A program made the translations under genes and the position numbers. A model generated the notes under the pieces. It did not search any database. It saw only the letters and a list, made by a program, of their open reading frames with translations, and was not told where the DNA came from. From contig JASHRJ010000110.1 of NCBI GenBank assembly GCA_030037395.1, forward strand, positions 1 through 48,848: a DNA stretch of 48,848 bases, written 5' to 3'. Shown piece after piece: positions 1-9,565 of this stretch; within the stretch, counting starts at the first letter, position 1; each line of letters opens with the position of its first letter. The stretch comes from Thermoplasmata archaeon. Its GTDB lineage: Archaea > Thermoplasmatota > Thermoplasmata > Lutacidiplasmatales > UBA184.

Positions 1-1771
1 CCGGGACCGCCTCCTCGACCGTCGCCACCAGGCCGACGTCGGCCGCCCGAAGGGCCGGGGCCGCGGGGTCGCGGTTCACCGCGAGGACCGCCCCGGCCCG
101 CTGCCAGCCGACCATGTGGTTCGCGGCGCCGCGCACGCCGAGCAGGACGGCAAGCCGCGGGGCCGCCGCGCGCCCCGTGAGCCCGATCTGGCGGGAGTAC
201 GGCAGCCACCCGGCGTCGACGACCTTGCGGGTCCCGACGACCGCGGCTCCCCAGCGAAGGAGCGTCGGCGCGAGCGCGGCGATCGCCTCGGGACCGCCGA
301 CCCCTAGGCCGACGGCGACCATGACGTCGGCGCGGTCCACCTCGCTCGGATCGGGGGCCTCGTGCGTCTCCCCGAGCGTCCGGACCGCCGCCGAGGGTCG
401 AGGGACCGACACGTCGGTCCACCCGATCTCCCCACGGGGCAGGGTGGCGGTCGGTTCTCGCGCCAGGCCGATCGGGACGGTGGCGATCGTCGGACGGGAG
501 CGCGAACGGATCGTGGCGTACGTGCCGCCGCCGAACGACGGTTTGTCCCACAGGAGCTCCTCGCCCGGGCCGGCGCGAACGCCGGTGGCGTCGCCGACCG
601 CTCCCAGGCTGCGCGCGGCCGCCAGGCGGCCGGCGACCTCCCGCCCGAACGGCGTCGCCGGCAAGACGACCGCCGCGGCCTTGGGGCGGGCCTCTACGAG
701 CGCGCCGAGCCCCTCGGCGGCATCGCGCGCGTCGAACGGCTCGCCGGGGTGACCGAGACGGTAGCCGGCAAGGGCTCCCGCGCTCTCGAGGAGGTCGGCG
801 GCGCTCCGATCGGGGGGCGACCCGTAGACCGCCGCGGTGACGAAGTGGGCCGGTACCTCGTGCCGGAGATGGGCGAGGAGCGAGCCCGCGCCGGGCTCGA
901 CGGTCCCGCCCGCCCCGGAGGCGAGCACCACGATCTCCCGGCGCGGGTCCGGCGCCGGCGGCCACGGCAGCGGGGGCGGCGGGCCCGGGGGGAAGCGCAG
1001 GCGTGGCGCCAGGAGCACCATCGCCTCGGCGACCCGCCGATCGACCGGACCGTCCGCGAGGACCCGCCCCGCGCGCGGGAACGCCGCGGGGCGGACCGCC
1101 TGAACGATCGTCGGCGAGCCGGCGCTCCCGACCTCGGCGACCGGAAGGCCGAGCGCCCGCGCGTCGACGGTCTCGAGAAGCCGCTCGTCGACCTGGGCGT
1201 ACTGCTCGGCGGTCGCGTGGAGCGGCTTGGCGATCTTCTCTCCTACCGAGACGAGCGCCGGGCGCCGGACGACCACCTCCGCCTTCCCTCGCCCGGCGTC
1301 GACGGTGACGGCGAGGCGGTCGGCCCCTTCCGGCACGATCGCGCGCGCCGAGGCGGCCAAGGGGAGGCCGAGCTGACCGGCGACCTCGGCCGGGAGAAGG
1401 CCGGTGTCGCTGTCCGTGCTCCGGGCGCCCGCGAGGAGGAGGCTCGGCCCGAGCGGGCGCACGGCCGCGGCGAGGATGCGCGACGTGGCGAGCAGGTCCG
1501 AGCCGGCGAAGGCGGGGTCGCAGAGGTGGAGGGCGCGGCGGGCGCCGAGCGCCAGCGCCTCGCGGAGCGGGCGCCGCGCCCCCGGCGGCCCGAGGGAGAC
1601 GACCACGACCTCCTCGGCGGGCCGCCGCAGCTCGAGCGCCACGCGAAGCGCCCGCTGGTCGAACGGGTTGAGGAGGAGCTCCGTCGGGTCGCGCAGGACG
1701 GTCCGGCGGTCCGGGTCGTACCGCAGCTCCTCGGAGGAGGGCACTGCCTTCGCAAGGACGACGACCGTCAC
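1..1771 (-). CDS. etfBA: Fused electron transfer flavoprotein beta+alpha subunit (3' end runs off the window)
   Basis: Not in the ORF track because it has no stop in the window. Manual minus-strand translation from GTG 1771 gives MTVVVLAKAVP...LNPFDQRALRVALEL...AFAGSDLLATSRILA...GARSTDSDTG (ETF beta). The same frame continues to GREVAGRLAA...KPSFGG...GTRKVVDAGWLPYSRQIGLTG...GVRGAANHMVG...AVNRDPAAP (ETF alpha FAD domain). Confidence 0.88.
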   Translation of the reverse strand, partial: MTVVVLAKAVPSSEELRYDPDRRTVLRDPTELLLNPFDQRALRVALELRRPAEEVVVVSLGPPGARRPLREALALGARRALHLCDPAFAGSDLLATSRILAAAVRPLGPSLLLAGARSTDSDTGLLPAEVAGQLGLPLAASARAIVPEGADRLAVTVDAGRGKAEVVVRRPALVSVGEKIAKPLHATAEQYAQVDERLLETVDARALGLPVAEVGSAGSPTIVQAVRPAAFPRAGRVLADGPVDRRVAEAMVLLAPRLRFPPGPPPPLPWPPAPDPRREIVVLASGAGGTVEPGAGSLLAHLRHEVPAHFVTAAVYGSPPDRSAADLLESAGALAGYRLGHPGEPFDARDAAEGLGALVEARPKAAAVVLPATPFGREVAGRLAAARSLGAVGDATGVRAGPGEELLWDKPSFGGGTYATIRSRSRPTIATVPIGLAREPTATLPRGEIGWTDVSVPRPSAAVRTLGETHEAPDPSEVDRADVMVAVGLGVGGPEAIAALAPTLLRWGAAVVGTRKVVDAGWLPYSRQIGLTGRAAAPRLAVLLGVRGAANHMVGWQRAGAVLAVNRDPAAPALRAADVGLVATVEEAVP

Positions 1772-1823
1772 GAACGCCCTCGCGGCGCCGTTCGATATGA
1801 GCCCACGCTCCCTGTCCGGCGCG

Positions 1824-2630
1824 GTGGCGGCACGGGGCGGGCCCGGGATCGGCGGGGTGGGACGAGAGGCGATCCTCCGGTACGGGATCGGGCTCGGGGT
1901 CCTGGTCCTCGCCATCGTCAGCCAGTACTTCGTGCCGGAGAGCTGGCCGGCGTCGCGGGGTGTCTACGGCTCCCTGGCCGGCGATCTCGCCATCGTCTAC
2001 GGGATCCCGATCGTCGCGCTGGCGTTCCTCGTCGGATCGGGGCCGCTGCGCCGGTGGGCGGCGAACCTCCGGCCCGCGACGGTGCTCGGGCTCAGCTGGT
2101 TCGGGGCGATGGCCTGGCTCGGGCTCGCGATCACGCTGGTCCTCGGGATCGTGTACGCGATCGTCGATCCGGCCGCCCTCAAGCTGCTCTCCCGCCCGAA
2201 CCCCGCTCTCGAGCAAGCGATCGGGGACCCCTGGCTCTACGTGGCGCTGTCGTTCGGCGTCGGGGCCTGCGAGGAGACGATCTTCCGGGGCTGGGTCTTC
2301 GGGTTCTGGGTCGGGCGGACCCGCTCGTGGGTGGTCCCGGCCGTCCTCTCGAGCGTCCTGTTCGCCGGCGTCCACCTCTACTACGGCACGACGTACGGCG
2401 CGGCGGCGCCGCTCATCTTCCCTACCCTGTTCCTGCTCGGCTTCGGCTTCGCCGCGACGTACCGCGCCTCGGGCGGCAACCTGGTCGTCGTCGCGCTGCT
2501 GCACGGCGCGTACGACGCCACCGCCTACCTGACCCTGGTCTCGCCCCTCGCGGGCAACGGCGCCCGCTACCTGCTCCTGGGGGTCGCCGGGATCGTGGGG
2601 CTGGTCTACTACGTCTGGGAGCCTTCCTGA
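1824..2630 (+). CDS. CPBP/CAAX family intramembrane glutamic endopeptidase (Abi-like)
   Basis: Multiple TM segments; motifs EETIFRG, FAGVH and HGAYD. Start is GTG 1824 or ATG 1797 (the latter overlaps the TATA-like GATATG). Confidence 0.88.
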   Translation: MAARGGPGIGGVGREAILRYGIGLGVLVLAIVSQYFVPESWPASRGVYGSLAGDLAIVYGIPIVALAFLVGSGPLRRWAANLRPATVLGLSWFGAMAWLGLAITLVLGIVYAIVDPAALKLLSRPNPALEQAIGDPWLYVALSFGVGACEETIFRGWVFGFWVGRTRSWVVPAVLSSVLFAGVHLYYGTTYGAAAPLIFPTLFLLGFGFAATYRASGGNLVVVALLHGAYDATAYLTLVSPLAGNGARYLLLGVAGIVGLVYYVWEPS

Positions 2631-2709
2631 CGGCCACGGCCGCCGCCCCGGGCCGGCGCGGCCGTGGCGGGGGCGTCAGGGTCATGAACGGGCGCCGTAC
2701 CCGCCGCCG

Positions 2710-3135
2710 ATGGCCTCGGGCGATGACGAGCTCCGTGCGATCCTGACCCGGGCGAGCACGATCGCCGTCGTCGGCCTCTCCGAGAAGCCGGAGCGGGACT
2801 CCCACGAGGTCGCCCGGTACCTCCGGGCCCAGGGATACCGGATCGTCCCGGTCAACCCGGCCGTCCCCGAGGTCCTCGGGGAGCGGGCGTACCCCTCGCT
2901 GTCGGCGATCCCCCCCGGGGTGCCGGTCGACCTCGCCGTCATCTTCCGCCGCGGCGACGCGGTCCCGGCCGTCGTCGACGAGGCGATCGCCCGGCGCATC
3001 CCGGCGATCTGGATGCAGCTCGGGGTCGCCCACGCGGAGGCGGCGGCGAAGGCGCGGGCCCACGGGATCGCGGTCGTCGAGGACACGTGCTCGATGGCGA
3101 CCCACCGGCGGCTCGGCCTCCCGGCCCGGAGCTAG
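2710..3135 (+). CDS. CoA-binding protein (YccU-like)
   Basis: TIAVVGLSEKPERDS..VARYL...GYRIVPVNP, AYPSL, VDLAVIFR, IWMQLGV, VVEDTC. Confidence 0.92.
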   Translation: MASGDDELRAILTRASTIAVVGLSEKPERDSHEVARYLRAQGYRIVPVNPAVPEVLGERAYPSLSAIPPGVPVDLAVIFRRGDAVPAVVDEAIARRIPAIWMQLGVAHAEAAAKARAHGIAVVEDTCSMATHRRLGLPARS

Positions 3136-3139
3136 TCCC

Positions 3140-3916
3140 GTGGCGGCGGCCGCGTCGGCTCCCTCGATCCCCACGCCGCCGGTACGCCGGGCCCCTCCGC
3201 TGCGGGAGCGAGGGACGGTCCGACACGGCGAGCTGCGCTGCGGCCGTTGGAGGCTCCACGGCATCGCGAAGGTCGTAGGGGACGTGGACGTGGCCGACGG
3301 CGGGTTCGACGGGACGCTGGTGGTCGGGGGCCAGCTGATCGCCGGCCGCCTCCGCGCCTTCGGCCGCCTGGACGTTCGCGGACCGATCGTCGTGCGGGGG
3401 AGCCTCCGCACCCGGGGGACGCTCCGGGCCGGCGCCGCGATCCGCGCCGGGACGGCGGACCTGGAAGGGAGCTGCGAGGCGGTCGGGCCGCTCGAGGTCG
3501 AAGGGGAGCTGCGGTCCCGGGGCTCCCTGCGCGGGCCGGAGGTGCGCGCCGGGGCGATCACGCTCGAGGGGACCGCGGCCGTCCGGCAGCTCACCGCGAC
3601 CGGCGCGCTGACGGCGACGTTCGGCGGCGACGCCCACCTCGGCCGGCTGGAGGCGCGGGACGTTCGGCTCCGGGGCCCGGCGCCGACCCTCGTCACGGAG
3701 GCGCTCGGTCGGCGCTCCACGGTCACCGTGGAGCGGATCGAGGCGGCGACCGTCTACGTTCGAGCGGCACGCGTCGGCTTCGTCCGGGCCCCGACGATCG
3801 TCCTCGGCCGGTACGCCCACGTCGTGGAGCACGAGGGCGCGATCGTGCGCGCGCACCCGAGCAGCCGCCTGGGGCCGGAGTCGTGGACCCCGCCGCCCCC
3901 CGGGCTCCGTCGCTAG
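3140..3916 (+). CDS. Bactofilin/polymer-forming cytoskeletal-like beta-helix protein (YhbE/F-like)
   Basis: Repeating G-x-(L/V)-x-(V/I)-x-G beta-solenoid pattern; C-terminal IEAATVYV...VRAPTIVLG segment. Confidence 0.55.
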   Translation: MAAAASAPSIPTPPVRRAPPLRERGTVRHGELRCGRWRLHGIAKVVGDVDVADGGFDGTLVVGGQLIAGRLRAFGRLDVRGPIVVRGSLRTRGTLRAGAAIRAGTADLEGSCEAVGPLEVEGELRSRGSLRGPEVRAGAITLEGTAAVRQLTATGALTATFGGDAHLGRLEARDVRLRGPAPTLVTEALGRRSTVTVERIEAATVYVRAARVGFVRAPTIVLGRYAHVVEHEGAIVRAHPSSRLGPESWTPPPPGLRR

Positions 3917-3960
3917 GCGGCCGTCGGGCCTTTATCCTCCCCGCCGCGTCGCCGCCGCCG

Positions 3961-6942
3961 ATGGTGGAGGAGGAGAGCGAGGCGGCCGCCTTCCGCCCGC
4001 TCGCGGTCGAGGCGACGGTCCTCGACTACTGGCAACGGACCGGCGTGCCGGCCCGCGCCCTGATCGCCCCCGCCGAGGGCCCTACGTTCCGCTTCACGGA
4101 GGGCCCCCCGACGGCGAACGGGCCGCCGCACCTCGGGCACGTCATCACCCGGATCCTCAAGGACGTCCAACTGCGCTACCGACGCCAGCGCGGCTACCGG
4201 GTGGTCAGCCTCCAGGCCGGCTGGGACTGCCACGGTCTGGGCGTCGAGATCGAGATCGAGAAGCGCCACGGCCTCCGATCCCGCCACGACATCGAGGGCT
4301 ACGGGGTCGAGCGGTTCTGCGCCGAGTGCCGATCGGATGCGCTCCGGGTCGCGGCGCTGTGGGAAGCGATGAGCCTGCGGCTCGGCTACTGGCTCGACTA
4401 CGGGCACCCGTACCGCACCATGGACGCCGCGTACGTCGAGAGCGTCTGGTGGTCGCTCCGCCAGCTGTTCGACCGGGGGCTGCTCGACAAGGGCCACTAC
4501 GTCCTGCCGTACTGTCCCCGGTGCGAGACGACGCTCAGCTCGCACGAGGTCGCCCAGGGCTACCGGGAGGCGACGGACCCGTCGGTCACGGTGGTCTTCC
4601 CGCTCGAGGAGGATCGCCGCCCGACGCGATCGCTCCTGGTGTGGACGACGACCCCGTGGACGCTGCCGGCGAACCTGCTCGTCGCGGTCCGGTCCGAGCT
4701 GCCGTACGTGACCGTCCGCCTTGCGGACGGGCGCGAGGTGGTGGTCGCCGAGGCGGCCCGCGCCCGGTTCGTCCCGGAGGACGCCCCGGTCGTGGCGCGG
4801 GAGCTCGGGCGGGAGCTCGTGGGCCGCGCCTACCTCCCGCCGTTCGATCTCCCCGGCCCGACCCCCGGCCGCCGTCGGGTCGTCGCCGACGACTTCGTGA
4901 CCGTCGACGAGGGGACCGGGATCGTCCACGTCGCGCCGAGCTTCGGCCCGGACGACTACCGCGTCGGCGCCCGGGAGGGGGTGGGCGTCTTCGATCCGCT
5001 CGACAGCCGCGGCCGCTTCACCGAGCAGGTACCCCTGGTCGCGGGTCGACCGTTCAAGGCGGCCGACCCGATCCTGGAGGAGGACCTCGCCCGGCGCGGG
5101 CGGCTCTACCGCTCGGGCACGGTCCGCCACACCTACCCGTTCTGCTGGAGGTGCGACTCGGCGCTGCTGTACCGCGCGATGGACTCCTGGTTCGTCCGGA
5201 CCTCGCGCGTCACCGACCGCCTCGTGCGGCACAACCGTTCGGTCACCTGGATCCCGGCCCACCTGCGCGACGGCCGGTTCGGCAACTTCCTCACCGAGGC
5301 GAAGGACTGGGCCCTCTCCCGGAGCCGCTACTGGGGCACGCCGCTGCCGATCTGGCTGTGCCCGGCGGGCCACGCGACGTGCGTCGGGAGCTTCGCCGAG
5401 CTCGCGGAGCTCACCGGCACGACCGTCGGGCCGGAGTTCGATCCCCACCGGGTCACAGTCGATCGCCTGCAGGTCCGCTGCCGTGTCTGCGGCGCGCCGG
5501 GCCGGCGCGAGCCGTACACTCTGGACGCGTGGTACGACAGCGGCGCGGCGCCGTTCGCCCAGTTCCACTATCCGTTCGAGCCCGGCCCGTTCGACCCGTC
5601 CGCGCCGCTCGACTACATTGCCGAGGGGATCGACCAGACCCGCGGATGGTACTACACCCTGCTCGTCCTCGCGGCGACGCTGTTCGACCGGCCGGCGTAC
5701 CGGACCTGCCTCACCAGCGGCCACGTCCTGGACGAGGGCGGGCGCAAGATGTCGAAGTCCCGCGGGGCGGCTCCGGACCCGTCCCGGTTCCTGGAGGAGG
5801 TCGGGGCGGATCCGGCCCGGTGGGCGTTCCTCTCCCTCGACTTCACCGAGGGGATGCGGATCACGCCGGGGGAGGCGGCGAAGGCCGCCCACCGGACCGT
5901 CGGCACCCTCGGGCACGTCGTCGCCTTCCACCTCGCGAACGCCCGGGAGGACCGGCTTCCGCCGGTCGCGGAGCGGCCGACCCCCTCGGGGGTCCTCGAC
6001 CGCTGGCTCCTCTCCCGGCTGGAAGGGACCCGAGCGGCGATCGAGCGGTCGCTCGAGGGGTTCGACCCGCGGGAGGCTGCGGCGGCGGTCCGGGGGTTCG
6101 TCGACGACCTGTCGACGTGGTACCTCCGTCGCTCGCGCCCGCGGTTCTGGGGCGAGTCCGGGCCCGAGGCCCGCGCGGAGGCCCACGCCAGCCTTTCCTA
6201 CACGTTGACGGGGTTCGCCCGCGCGATCGCGCCGCTGCTGCCGTTCGTCGCCGAGTGGACCTATCAGGAGGTCGGCGAGCGGCGGTTCCGCGACGCCGAC
6301 GCGTCGGTCCACCTCGCCGGGTGGCCGTCGGCCCTGGCCGACCGCGATCCCGAGCTGGAGCAGGCGATGGAGCGGCTCCGGGGCTGGGTCGAGCTCGGGC
6401 GAGCGCTCCGCCAGCGGGCCGGGGTGAAATCCCGCATCCCGCTCGCCGAGCTGCGCCTCTTCGGCGAGGCGGCGGCGCCGTCCGCGCTCGGCGCGGAGGC
6501 CGACCGCCTGCTCGCCGACGAGCTCAACGTGCGGGCGATCGTCCGCGCCGGGCCCGGCGCGGAGGCCCCCGACGACGCGGCGTGGGTCGTCGAGCGGCGC
6601 GACGGGAGGCCGGTCGCGGCGCTGCCGCGCACCCCGACCCCGGAGCTCCTCGAGGAGGGGTGGTCCCGGGAGCTCGGTCGTCGCCTGCAGCAGCGACGGA
6701 AGGAGCTCGGCCTGCGCTACAACGAGCCGGTGCGGGTCGTCGTCTCCGCGACCGGACCGCTCCTGAAGGCCCTTGGCGCCCGCCGGGAGGCGCTCGCCCG
6801 CCAGGTCGTCGCCGAGCCGCTGGAGCTCACCGAGGAGCCGCTCCCGGAGGGGCCGACGGTGCGGGCCTGGGAGTTCGAGGGGGTCCGGTGCGCCGCGCAG
6901 GTGATCCCCCGGGCCGCGGCGGCCGCTCCGGACCGGCCCTAA
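3961..6942 (+). CDS. ileS: Isoleucine--tRNA ligase (archaeal/eukaryote-like type)
   Basis: EGPPTANGPPHLGH (HIGH), GWDCHGL, WTTTPWTLPAN, DWALSRSRYWGTPLP, EGIDQTRGW, KMSKS. ATG 3961 lies 30 bp after TTTATC. Confidence 0.97.
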   Translation: MVEEESEAAAFRPLAVEATVLDYWQRTGVPARALIAPAEGPTFRFTEGPPTANGPPHLGHVITRILKDVQLRYRRQRGYRVVSLQAGWDCHGLGVEIEIEKRHGLRSRHDIEGYGVERFCAECRSDALRVAALWEAMSLRLGYWLDYGHPYRTMDAAYVESVWWSLRQLFDRGLLDKGHYVLPYCPRCETTLSSHEVAQGYREATDPSVTVVFPLEEDRRPTRSLLVWTTTPWTLPANLLVAVRSELPYVTVRLADGREVVVAEAARARFVPEDAPVVARELGRELVGRAYLPPFDLPGPTPGRRRVVADDFVTVDEGTGIVHVAPSFGPDDYRVGAREGVGVFDPLDSRGRFTEQVPLVAGRPFKAADPILEEDLARRGRLYRSGTVRHTYPFCWRCDSALLYRAMDSWFVRTSRVTDRLVRHNRSVTWIPAHLRDGRFGNFLTEAKDWALSRSRYWGTPLPIWLCPAGHATCVGSFAELAELTGTTVGPEFDPHRVTVDRLQVRCRVCGAPGRREPYTLDAWYDSGAAPFAQFHYPFEPGPFDPSAPLDYIAEGIDQTRGWYYTLLVLAATLFDRPAYRTCLTSGHVLDEGGRKMSKSRGAAPDPSRFLEEVGADPARWAFLSLDFTEGMRITPGEAAKAAHRTVGTLGHVVAFHLANAREDRLPPVAERPTPSGVLDRWLLSRLEGTRAAIERSLEGFDPREAAAAVRGFVDDLSTWYLRRSRPRFWGESGPEARAEAHASLSYTLTGFARAIAPLLPFVAEWTYQEVGERRFRDADASVHLAGWPSALADRDPELEQAMERLRGWVELGRALRQRAGVKSRIPLAELRLFGEAAAPSALGAEADRLLADELNVRAIVRAGPGAEAPDDAAWVVERRDGRPVAALPRTPTPELLEEGWSRELGRRLQQRRKELGLRYNEPVRVVVSATGPLLKALGARREALARQVVAEPLELTEEPLPEGPTVRAWEFEGVRCAAQVIPRAAAAAPDRP

Positions 6943-7535
6943 GCGGGGCCGAGGCTCCGCCGCACGACCGCCCCGCCGGGGGCCCGCTCCGCGAACACCT
7001 CGGCCTCGAAACGGGCGATCCGCACCGTCGGGTCCCGCCACGCCCCCCGGGCCGCCCCCGCCTTCTCGCACGTCCCGTCCAGGAACTGCTCCGCGGACCA
7101 GCGCTGCTCGACCGCGACCTGCGGCAGGAGGAGGCCGTGCGCCGCCGGGGCGTCCAAGAGGAGGCCGTCCCGCCCCACCACGACCGCCGACGGGAGCTGC
7201 TCCGGCCGGAGCGGGATGGGGTTCGTCAGGACCGACACCTCGGCGACGAGGGCCGCCAGGTCGGCGAGCTGGATCGGAGGGAACCTGGGGTCGTCCCGGC
7301 CGGCCGCCACCGCCGCACGGCGGATCGCCTCCGCCATCGGGAGGACCGGGAGCGGATACCCGACGCACCCCCGGAGGAGGTGGCCGGGTTCGCGGTACCA
7401 GCTGACGAACGCCCCGCGTCGCTCCGCGAACCGGGGCGGGAGGTCGCCCGCGGCCGGCGTCGGCCGGCCGAGCGCGGCCGCGAGAGCGTGCCGGGCGAGG
7501 CCGATCGCGAGCGCCCCGTCCTCGGGCCCGAGCAC
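6939..7535 (-). CDS. AMMECR1 domain protein
   Basis: GAFVS, LRGCVG, DDPRFPP, EVSVLT, GRDGL, GLLLPQV, CEKAG. Confidence 0.93.
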   Translation of the reverse strand: MLGPEDGALAIGLARHALAAALGRPTPAAGDLPPRFAERRGAFVSWYREPGHLLRGCVGYPLPVLPMAEAIRRAAVAAGRDDPRFPPIQLADLAALVAEVSVLTNPIPLRPEQLPSAVVVGRDGLLLDAPAAHGLLLPQVAVEQRWSAEQFLDGTCEKAGAARGAWRDPTVRIARFEAEVFAERAPGGAVVRRSLGPA

Positions 7536-7668
7536 AGCACGGGGAGCGGACCGGCGCGCAAAGGCTCTTCCGCCGCCCGGAGGCGTTGCCCGAGCCCCGG
7601 TTCCGGACTGAGGGTTCTCGTGTCGCGCGGGAACCGTCGCCCCGCGGCCGAGTCTTCGGCAACCCCGG

Positions 7669-8445
7669 TCACCCGACGACCCTCCTGAAGAGCCACAGCG
7701 TCGAGCTCCACGTGAGGGCGAGGATCATCCCGATGACCGCAAAGGCCTGGAGGAGGACCGCCCCGTCGAACCCGCTGACCATCAGGGTCCTCGCGGCGTC
7801 CGACATGTAGGAGATCGGGTTGTACCGGGTCACGGCCTGCATCCATGCCGGCAGGAAGGCCGCGGGCAGGAGCGCCGTGCTCGTGAACATGAGGGGAAAG
7901 GTGAGGAGCGTGCCCACGACCGACACGGTCTCGTTGCTCTTCGTCGCAAGCCCTACCGTCATGGTGAGCCCGGACCAGGCGACCCCGAAGCCGACCACGA
8001 TAAGGTAGATCAGCAGGACCCCCGGGACTCCCGTGGCGAAGGTCGCGCCCAGGAGCCAGGCGATCCCCAGCACGATGCTCGTTTGACAGGCGTATCGGAC
8101 CCCGTCGCTCAGGACCCGGCCCAGCAGGATCGCCCCCCTCTGGACCGGCGTGACGAGGAGGTTCGCGAGGTACCCGGTGTTCAGCTCGTCGACGATGGCG
8201 TTGGCGGACTGCATCGTGCTGTTGAGCGTGTTCAGGAACAGGATCCCCCCCACGGCGATCTCGAGGTAGCCTACGGTGGGGAACCCGGGAAGGTCCGCGA
8301 GCTTCGAGAACAGCTGCGTGAAGAGGACGAGGAACATCAGCGCACCGAAGAGCTGGAAGAAGATCCGTATCGGCGAGCCCCAGAACTTCGCCTGGGCCCT
8401 CCCGAAGACGTACCAGACGTCGCGCAGGCTCTGGACGGCGGACAT
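7669..8445 (-). CDS. ABC-2 type exporter permease (DrrB-like)
   Basis: Six TM helices; LVTPV, FPLMFTS...P...LPAWMQ..TRYNPISY; abuts the ATPase gene. Confidence 0.92.
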   Translation of the reverse strand: MSAVQSLRDVWYVFGRAQAKFWGSPIRIFFQLFGALMFLVLFTQLFSKLADLPGFPTVGYLEIAVGGILFLNTLNSTMQSANAIVDELNTGYLANLLVTPVQRGAILLGRVLSDGVRYACQTSIVLGIAWLLGATFATGVPGVLLIYLIVVGFGVAWSGLTMTVGLATKSNETVSVVGTLLTFPLMFTSTALLPAAFLPAWMQAVTRYNPISYMSDAARTLMVSGFDGAVLLQAFAVIGMILALTWSSTLWLFRRVVG

Positions 8446-9461
8446 CAGTACACCCCCCCACGGACCCCGCCGACCGGGGCGGGGGCCGCTCCGCGGGTAA
8501 GGTCGCCGCCTCGGATCCTCGAGCCGGTCTTCTGGAGGAACACATCGTCCAGGGTAGGGGCGGCAAGGTTGATCGACTCAAGGTGAACCCCCGCGCCGCG
8601 GACGAGCGTCACAATCTCGGGGACCAGCCGGCTCGCTTGCCGAGCGTAGACGACGAGCCCGCGGTCGACGTCGACGACCTTGTCGACCCCGGGAAGCGCC
8701 CGAAGGAGGCCCTCCAGAGGTTCCCACGGACCCGCCGCGGAGGTTGGGCCGAGGGTGAGAGCAAGGGTCTCCCCGCCGACCTGCTCCTTGAGGTCGGCGG
8801 GGGACCCGTTGGCCACGATCTTACCGCGGTCGATAATCGAGAGCTGACGGCACAGCTTGTCGGCCTCCTCCAGGTACTGGGTGGTTAGGAATACGGTCGT
8901 CCCGTCCTCCTTGTTCAGCCTCGACAGGTAACCCCACACCTTGGCCCGGGATTGAGGGTCCAGGCCGGTCGTGGGCTCATCGAGGAACACCAGTCTCGGC
9001 CGGTGGACGAGGGCAGCGGCCAGAGCCAGGCGCCGCTTCATGCCGCCGGAGTACTGCTTGGCCTTCCGGTCGGCGACCTCCTTGAGCTCCATCAGGTCGA
9101 GCAGCTCCTCGACCCGGCGCTGCAGCTCCGCGCCTTGCATCCGCTGAAGGTGACCCTGGAACAGGAGGTTCTTCCTACCCGAGAGGTCGCCGTCGACCAC
9201 CGTTTCCTGAGATTGAACTCCGATCGTCCTGCGGATCCCCTCCGGGTCGCGGTCCAGGTCGTGCCCGTCGATGGTGACCGAGCCGGAGGTCTTGCGGAGC
9301 AAGGTTGACAGGACCTTGATGGTCGTACTCTTCCCGGCTCCGTTGGGGCCCAGAAACCCGAAGAACTCGCCTTCCGGGACCTGCAAGGAGATCCCGTCAA
9401 CGGCCCGGGTCCCGCCGGCGTACACCTCGACAAGGTCCTCCACCACAACGATGTTCGACAT
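8445..9461 (-). CDS. ABC exporter ATP-binding protein (DrrA-like)
   Basis: GPNGAGKST, YSGGMKRR, VFLDEPTTGLDP, TTQYLEEAD; ATG 9461 preceded by GGAGG. Confidence 0.95.
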   Translation of the reverse strand: MSNIVVVEDLVEVYAGGTRAVDGISLQVPEGEFFGFLGPNGAGKSTTIKVLSTLLRKTSGSVTIDGHDLDRDPEGIRRTIGVQSQETVVDGDLSGRKNLLFQGHLQRMQGAELQRRVEELLDLMELKEVADRKAKQYSGGMKRRLALAAALVHRPRLVFLDEPTTGLDPQSRAKVWGYLSRLNKEDGTTVFLTTQYLEEADKLCRQLSIIDRGKIVANGSPADLKEQVGGETLALTLGPTSAAGPWEPLEGLLRALPGVDKVVDVDRGLVVYARQASRLVPEIVTLVRGAGVHLESINLAAPTLDDVFLQKTGSRIRGGDLTRGAAPAPVGGVRGGVY

Positions 9462-9488
9462 GGTCCGGCTCGGTCCTCCGAGGGTTGA

Positions 9489-9539
9489 GATACGGTCGTA
9501 TCCTGCATGGCCGAGAACCATATAAGATACCATGGTATC
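9489..9539. promoter_or_regulatory. Two palindromic operators GATAC-N4-GTATC (likely TetR sites) interleaved with TATA-like boxes
   Basis: GATACggtcGTATC at 9489-9502 and GATACcatgGTATC at 9526-9539, between the divergent ABC and TetR genes; TATAA at 9521 and 9541. Confidence 0.8.
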
Positions 9540-9565
9540 CTATAACCCACGGGAGGTGAGCCCTC

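Noticed and set aside
7543-7558. 16-bp GGAGCGGACCGGCGCG also present at 37166-37181, both upstream of minus-strand genes
   Set aside because: It is GC-rich and non-palindromic, has only two copies, and the genes are functionally unrelated, so it cannot be distinguished from chance.
7612-7660. Hairpins GGTTCTCGTG/CGCGGGAACC and GCCGA/TCGGC after the ABC permease
   Set aside because: There is no U-tract or other RNA motif, which is not enough to call a terminator or ncRNA.
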